The notes below the pieces were generated by a model. It made no database searches. It was not told the DNA's origin and worked only from the letters and a program-made list of their open reading frames with translations. Both the position numbers and the translations under genes were made by a program. Shown in pieces: positions 56,908 through 64,000 of a stretch of DNA of 64,000 bases. Within the stretch, counting starts at the first letter, position 1; each line of letters begins with the position of its first letter. Source of the stretch: Catajapyx aquilonaris (lineage: Eukaryota); contig KZ538176.1 of assembly GCA_000934665.2 (NCBI GenBank), forward strand, positions 62,001 through 126,000, written 5' to 3'.

Positions 56908-57250
56908 CCGCCAAGAAGTGGCCTGACTGTCTGTGCGTAACGGGAGATGATAACAACAACGTGGAGCGCCAAGCAGCGGGCCAGGGGTGAAACTCGGTCA
57001 TCAGCAGCACGTTGAGGGGGACTGGGAGGGGAGGGCTGGGGAGGAGGGGGAGGGGGGTTTGGCTCGAGGGCGGCCCCGGGGCGAGGGCGGGCGGGAGTGG
57101 CACGGGGGAAGCATAGTCGCGGGAGAGGAGCGGGAGCACGCCACAAGTGGAGGAGGGCCACTGGCGGCCATTAGACACGGGGGCAGGGGTGCCAGTCGAA
57201 GCAGGGGGGCCAGGTGCGATCAGCTGGGTGCAATCTGGCGGGTGATTCGA
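56908..57250 (-). other. Putative first (non-coding) exon and CpG-rich promoter of TPST, divergent from MTO1
   Basis: GC/CpG-rich island with a GTGAGTG donor at 56907; the TSS is approximate. Confidence 0.5.
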
Positions 57251-58204
57251 AATGTGAAGTTTAATTCACGACCAAGGAAGGAGCATGGGACTAGACAAGG
57301 CGTAAGGAGGTTGATATGGCTTGTTGAATGCTAGTAAAGAGATGTTTGAAAGAATGCAAACTTGGCTCAACTGCACTTAGTATGAAGGACGTCCATTGTG
57401 GCAGAAAAAGAGATTGTTTCAAACAATGGCGATTTTTGTTACGCGGATATGATGGATGTGAATAAAAGGACAGTGGCATCAGCACTTATGACACTTAGAG
57501 CTGAGATAAAAGGGAGTCAGAACTGCAGATAATAACTAGCAAGAATGAGAATGGTATTCTTATCGCCCATATTACACGTCCGTTATATTGCATAGTTTCA
57601 ACATTGGTCCTTCACGAAAGTTATTACAGGGAATGGTATTCTGTATAATTATATCCTGAATGTGACCTGGAGCTCGGGCTAAAACTCGTTTCTCAGTTAC
57701 TTTTCGTGGTTTTTCTTACTTTACCCTTCGAAAAATGTTTTGGCTACTCCAGTGTAACCTAACATTGTATTCTAATTAGGAAAAAAATTTGTAACCGCCG
57801 TTTTAGGCCTAAATTTGCCATTTTGACCGCTTCCCAGTGCTTCACAGTGACGTCACTCTGGTAGATCATTCCGATTGGCAACCCTGATCGATGATACCAT
57901 CGCACTCCAGTTGCCACTGCCACTTCTTTCACGCCTGCCATTCATGCCCTGCTGCTTTTCTGTGAAGATGCCCTCAATGTTTTGCCGTATCCGTGACGAA
58001 TTGGCCATTTTCATTATTGGAAGATAGCTCGGTTGGCAGCGGACTGGCTGTGTCCTTGGAATCAACAAACATTGGTGAGCATTTAGTTGCACATACATCT
58101 GCAAAAACCAAGTGCACATGTGCCACCATGTGTTCTCTAATAATAATAATGGAGTTGCCTCGTGTGTGTTTCAGTCCAGAGCTCAATAATCGGTGTCTCC
58201 AACA

Positions 58205-60566
58205 ATGTGGAAGGTGGCTTCGAGGCTCCACTCCATCCGGGCACTTCCTGGGCTGGAGCACAGCCCTTACGACGTGATTGTCATTGGTGGAGGTCATGCG
58301 GGTACGGAGGCATGTGCTGCGGCTGCTCGCATGGGTAGGGCCACTCTGCTGGTCACCCACAAGAAGGCCACGGTCGGGGAGATGTCCTGCAACCCAGCAT
58401 TTGGAGGGATCGGGAAAGGCCACTTGATGAGGGAGGTGGATGCTCTTGGGGGACTCTGCGGACGGGTGTGCGATCTCTCTGGAGTGCAATACAAGGTGCT
58501 CAACAGGTAAAGCGTTATGAGGGTGGTAATTCTTGAACAATCTCATTTCTGAGTGGATAGCACTAAGTTAGGGAAATTGAAGAATGCTGAAATTTCATGG
58601 TAAATCAACACGGGGTGCTAAAGATACATTATACCATGAATGAAAAATGTGAAGAAGCATTTCAGAAGAGGTAGCTGGAACTCAGTGGTTTTAACACTCA
58701 TTGTGAATTTTCAAAACTTCAAATGCCTGCAAAACGTACTTGGAACATTGAAATTTTTTTTGCATGTTCTTGGCCACTAATATAATACATAGTGTTAAAA
58801 TTGTCCTTACTCTCTGAACAGGCGGAAGGGGCCTGCAGTGTGGGGACCCAGGGCGCAAATCGATCGTGAGCTGTATAAAGCCCGGATGCAAGAAATGCTT
58901 TTCGCCATGCCCAACTTGGATGTGATGGAGGCCACAGCTGATGACTTGATTATCGAAGAGGGAAGATGCAAAGGAGTTCGGTTTGGTGACACTGAAGTGT
59001 ATGCCAAAGCTGTAGTGCTGACAACAGGTACATTCTTGCGGGGCAGAGTTCACATAGGCTCAGAAACATATGATGCGGGACGATTGGGTGATAAGCCAGC
59101 TGTAGCTCTGGCCGTCACTTTGGAAAGACTGGGGTTTGCAATGGGTCGGCTTGGTACAGGAACACCGCCAAGGTTAGATGGCCGGACCATCAATTACACT
59201 GGTCTTGAGGCTCACCAAGGAGATAATCCACCAGTGCCATTTTCATTCTTGAACAAGGAGGTGTGGATAAAGCCTGAAGATCAGCTGTTATGCTACTTGA
59301 CTCACACAACACCAGAAGTAGACAAAATAGTGCGACAAAACTGCCATAAATACCCATACGTTGCGGAAGTACAAACTCCTCGTTACTGCCCATCAATTGA
59401 ATCCAAAGTCATGCGGTTTGGTGCACGTTCACATCAAGTATGGCTCGAACCTGAGGGCTTGTCAACTCACACAATCTATCCTAATGGTCTTGCTAACAAC
59501 CTACCGGAAGAACTGCAAATTAAGCTTCTGAGGAGCATACCAGGTTTAGAAAAAGTAGAAATGATATGCCCAGCATACAAAGTTGAGTACGACTATGTTG
59601 ACCCTCGTGAATTAAAACCAACACTTGAGACAAAGCGTGTCTCTGATTTGTATTTTGCTGGTCAGATCAACGGTACCACTGGTTATGAAGAAGCTGCAGC
59701 TCAAGGTGTTATTGCTGGAATAAATGCAGCATCTGACACACCAGTGACATTCACTCGAGCAGAAAGCTACTTCGGCGTGCTAGTAGATGATCTGACTACA
59801 CTTGGGACAAGTGAGCCATATCGCATGTTTACCTCAAGGGCTGAGTTTCGTCTGATGTTACGTCCTGATAATGCTGACTTGCGTCTCACTGAAAAGGGTT
59901 TTAGAGCAGGGTGTGTATCTGAAGAACAATACCAGCTTATGTGCAATATACGCCATCGTTTACACCATGCAATTCAGTTGCTAAAGTCTGTTGAACTTCC
60001 AATGGCCCGGTGGAGGCGCCTCTTGGGTATGGTTCACACCAAGGCTACTACTAGGCGGAGTGCATTTCATGTATTGCCACTTCCAAATGAGTCATTAACA
60101 GTGCAGCGACTTGTAGAAGCGCTTCCTGAGGAGTTAGGACGATTGAAGGGTCAGGAAGACATTTTCCAGCGGCTGCAAATTGAGTCATTGTATGAACAAG
60201 CATTGGAGGAGCAAAGGGAGGAGATAGAGGAGGTCAAACGGGATGAATCTCTTCTCATTCCAGAGGATCTGGACTATTCTGAGTAAGTTATTATTGACAT
60301 CTACATGTTGACACATTGTATTATTCTTGCGAAAATTTTATTGCAGCCCGAAGATCTCATTATCAGTTGAGGAGAGAGAAAAATTTGCACTTTTCAAACC
60401 ACAAACGGTAAGACATTATCGTGATAAATTTTAAGCATTATGTTGATCCTGTATGCCTTGTACTCTGCAGATTGCAGCGGCTTGTCGGATTCCTGGTTCA
60501 ACGCCTGCAGGTATCACCAGATTACTACACTTTGTCAAGCGCAGTGCATCTCAGCCAGCAGTGTGA
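58205..60566 (+). CDS. MTO1: Mitochondrial tRNA uridine modification enzyme MTO1 (MnmG/GidA family; 639 aa; exons 58205-58506, 58822-60282, 60347-60407, 60471-60566)
   Basis: Motifs [46 protein letters not shown] and [14 protein letters not shown]. Exons sum to 1920 nt; AATAAA at 60580. Confidence 0.95.
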
Positions 60567-60662
60567 CCTAAATGGTTAAAATAAAGTAACCTAATTATTT
60601 ATCATTTTGCATCTTTACTGGTGAGCCAGAGAAACCTTTCTTTAAAAAATTCTGCACTGTCG

Positions 60663-62737
60663 TTAGATACATTTGCAGCGATCAGGACGACATGTCTTTC
60701 TGTATGTTGAAACCAGACATTTGTCCATACAGTATTGGTCAGCTCCAGGTTTCCCAGCTATGTCACCAATTGCCCAGCAGTCATGACTGAAATAAATGAG
60801 ATCAATTAAATCTAAATCAAGATCACCATTTCAAGACCTTCGAATCTCATGTCAAATAGCTACTTACGGACAATAGCATATGTCCGGAGGGCATGCTGGC
60901 GGATATCTCATGCAGTGTGCTCTGCAATATTCATCCATCCCATTGTACAGGGAGTAGCTATTTCTGGCCACACACACTTGATGCCTGGTGTAATTTAATC
61001 TATTGATAGTTAAAATGATTGGCTTAAAAGGATACTGGAGTGAGGTACCAATATAACTGCAGTCTTGCATTTTCAAGCTGTTTTACAACTGTCAGAAATA
61101 TTTCAATATGGTGTCCTGGAGTTGTTATTACTACAGTAAGGTAAACAGTAATTTGGTGAAAAAGATATGTGTTCGCATGACGCTAGAAATTATCGCAATT
61201 TTGTTATTCTGAAATATTTTAAGCCATTACCACCTACAGTTCCTACATGCAAGAGTGTGTTTATTTTGGCACACCACTGTAGGGTTCTAACACTTCTAAT
61301 GGTTTTTACTTGATTATGAGTGGAATATAAGGTGCTCCAATACTGGTTGAGTTTTTGTAGTAGAGCAGATGAGGATTATCCACGTAGCTGTAATTTTCGA
61401 AGCCGGGTGGGAAGCCACCTGTGTTTGTGTGGATTGCTACGTCAGCGCAGTTGACAAAGGTTTCCTGCGGTCCACACCCTAGACCTTCTGTTCCATTTGG
61501 ACATATGCCCCAAGTGTTTCCTGAAATGTAGGTCAAAGTTAGACTGTCACTCTCACTTATATTGTGTGGGATATTACTGGTTATTTATGACTACACATGC
61601 ACATTGGCATTAGCATAAAACCTTTTCAGGAAAGTTATACGCAGCATTTTTATTTTTGTGCTATAGTGTTTCCCACACCCAAGAATTCAAGGAATTTCTT
61701 TAGGGTTATGTGCAAGTATTGGAGTAAATATTTTTGGGTTTTCGTTGTTTATTATTGTTATGATCATGACTCTCATATTGCAATAATTACTGCTCTACTC
61801 ACCAGTGGTGTATGTCCATCTTAGGACACACTGAGTGCATGTAATGAAACTTGGGAGAACTACTCGGTAGGCAAATGTGTCATCCTTCTTGCTGTCTAAA
61901 GGTACATGAAACTTTGTTGTTGTTGTTCCCTCCACACGTAGCGGATACCTGAACAAAATGCAACATTGAACCTGTACTCATCACTGCAGATGGAGGTTAT
62001 GTTATGATCTAGATCTACAACGTACTCCTTCAGACACTCATCAGTGACCACTTTTGCCGGATGATTGTTGGGGCACAGCTCCAGTACAAAGTATCCCCAA
62101 TGATTAGAAGTCAACCGTACCACCACATCCATGGTTTGTCCTGGACTGTACCTCCTTGCAATAATTCCATTACCATACGTGCCTCCTGCTTCATGACTGC
62201 GGGGTTTTCTCTGCTGCCAGGGATCACCACACACACCACATTTGCCATTGTTATGTTGCCATTGCACTGAAAACCAGTACATACGTATATTAGCAGTCCA
62301 AATGCTATCCTCCCCCTCAGTCCATTCCCTCCCATCCCAGTTCCCCTCTTCACCTTCTGACCCGTTAGTTCATGTAGCCAGTAAGACTCGTTTCTGTTGC
62401 ATTTTTTTGGGGTGGAAATGGGAAGGTGAATAATGTTATGTAACATGGGGCAATGACTTCAAATACCTTGGGCACCTCCACAAAAGAGTTCGTTGTCATC
62501 AAAGTTGATTGGGTTAGGAAAGCCTTCACGCCACATCGAATTTCGCCCAGGGGGTAGTAAGAGGTATCCATGCCCATAAACCAACGGTGGTAACTAGAAA
62601 ACAGTTGGAACAAAAATGTGCATTTTTAGTGATTGTAGACCAGGATCACTAATTACCTCAGTAACTGTCACAGATTATAGCAAGAATCAATGTGAAATAC
62701 CTACCAAGCACAAGACAAGCAATCCTCGATAGATCAT
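60663..62737 (-). CDS. AA15 lytic polysaccharide monooxygenase (chitin-binding type-4 domain), LPMO15-1-like, copy A (332 aa; exons 62737-62705, 62593-62467, 62266-62026, 61948-61803, 61520-61310, 60984-60868, 60786-60663)
   Basis: 18-aa signal peptide MIYRGLLVLCLLPPLVYG, then His1 (HGYLLLPPGRNSMWR), NELFCGG, GKCGVCGD, second His (TSNHWGYF), CGPQETFVNCAD, and two C-terminal 6-Cys repeats. Exons sum to 999 nt. Confidence 0.9.
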
Positions 62738-63148
62738 TTTGGTATCCTCTATCTGAAATGGATACAATCCAGTTAATTTTATCCCCACGTGTACCCCTGA
62801 AGGTCACCACGCCCGGGCACTGAACTCGAGGTCGTTTATTATTTTTAGCCCCACTAAATGACCACCCCAGCAAAGTCCTGCACTTACCTTGAATTCCACC
62901 CACTTTCCTATAGAAAATACAAGATATCAACTAAAATAGCCCCAGTCCGATTCGAGTTCTTCTCCCATCTGAATGCTGCATAGCCTATAGGTCTGTCCTA
63001 TAGCAAAAGAATAAGAAAGAGAAAAAAAATCAAGGGCGGAGCATCTTGATGGGCGATTAAGGGGAGGAGTCTCAAGCTGAATGCTTTATTTTGGATGCGT
63101 GCTTAAATGCTTATGTCACCAGTATACATTCTGTAACAAAGCTGAGGA

Positions 63149-64000
63149 TTAGATACATTGGCAGCGATCTTGTCGGCACAATTTTCGGTTACGAGACACC
63201 AAGCATAAGTCAAGACAGTACTGATCAGCCCCAGGTTGATCTGCAATGTCACCAATGGCCCAGCAGTCTTTCCTGAAAATATATTGAATGTAAATTGGTG
63301 CCACATTGCTCAAGCATTGACGTCACTTACGGGCAGAAGCATGTGTCCTGAGGGCAAGCTGGTGGATATCGGAGGCAATGAACTTGACAATAGTCGTCCG
63401 TTTTTGGGATGAGGTCAGTTGAGTTTTGTTTTCCAACACACACTTGATCCCTGCTTGCCAATAATGTAAATAATTTAAGGCTGTGTGTTTTACAGCAGAA
63501 TGTGTTGGACTAACCTGACAATAAGAGGAGTGAATGGACCACCAAACTGTGAGAAGTCTCTGAAGTACAGAAGATAAGGATTGTCGACAAAGTTGCTGCC
63601 CACAAAGGATGGAGGGAATGCTCCTGTGTTGGTGTGGATGGCCACATCAGCACAGTTGATGAAATGCTCCTGAGGGCCACATCCAACTGCTTCGCTTCCA
63701 TTTTCGCATTGTCCCCAAGTGTTGCCAGTTGTGTAATTCCATTGTACCACGCATTGTGTGCATACGACAAAGTCTGGGAGTCGTACCCTGTACGAAATTG
63801 TGCCCTTCTTGAAGTCTCTTCCGACGTAATAACGTGTTTCAGAGGTGCCGTCCAAGTACAGCAAATGCCTGAAAGTGGTACATTGCAGCCTGTTCGTTTC
63901 GTATATATAATAAGACAACTCACTTATCAAGACATTCCTGAGTCACCACTGTTTTTGGACTGTTGTGAGGGCATAGGCGAAGTTCAAAAAAACCGGCATG
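63149..64000 (-). CDS. AA15 LPMO15-1-like copy B, 5' part outside the window (exons >64000-63924, 63868-63515, 63450-63331, 63272-63149)
   Basis: HAGFFELRLCP, CTQCVVQWNYTTGNTWG, CGPQEHFINCAD, and two 6-Cys repeats closely paralogous to copy A. Minus-strand AATAAA at 63085-63090. Confidence 0.9.

Noticed and set aside
58507..58821. U12-type intron suggested by TCCTTAC near the MTO1 acceptor
   Set aside because: The donor is GTAAAG (U2-type), not RTATCCTT; none of the modelled introns has a U12 donor.
62594..62700. Apparent disrupted signal peptide (in-frame TAG or frameshift) suggesting LPMO copy A is a pseudogene
   Set aside because: An ATG at 62737 with a GTAGGT donor after 62705 gives an intact 18-aa signal peptide; the TAG is the splice acceptor.
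4030..64000. Cpr as a clustered electron donor for the LPMOs
   Set aside because: They are about 48 kb apart with unrelated genes between; Cpr faces the cytosol at the ER while the LPMOs are secreted.

Overview
Intron-containing eukaryotic DNA, most likely from a non-holometabolous arthropod (inferred from the AA15 LPMO genes plus MMAB; species not determined). Spliced gene models were built by hand from GT-AG sites, and the exon sums keep frame. In order: first coding exon of slingshot phosphatase (-), SBDS (+), MMAB (-), NADPH-cytochrome P450 reductase (-, 13 coding exons), ZMAT5 (+), tyrosylprotein sulfotransferase (-, probably with a 5'UTR split over about 33 kb), MTO1 (+), and two tandem AA15 LPMO genes of LPMO15-1 architecture (-, the second truncated by the window edge). 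Most genes form tight head-to-head and tail-to-tail pairs. Introns hold several MITEs (PIF/Harbinger-, Kolobok- and piggyBac-like) and tRNA-derived SINEs. The most striking structure is a 1.47-kb near-total foldback at 30689-32156, with diverged outer arms, about 460-bp essentially identical inner arms and a (TAA)n/(TTA)n apex; a second 620-bp foldback lies next to it. No clearly novel protein system was seen. The best leads are the hairpin-rich TPST introns, the duplicated LPMO15-1-type genes and a motif-divergent MTO1.
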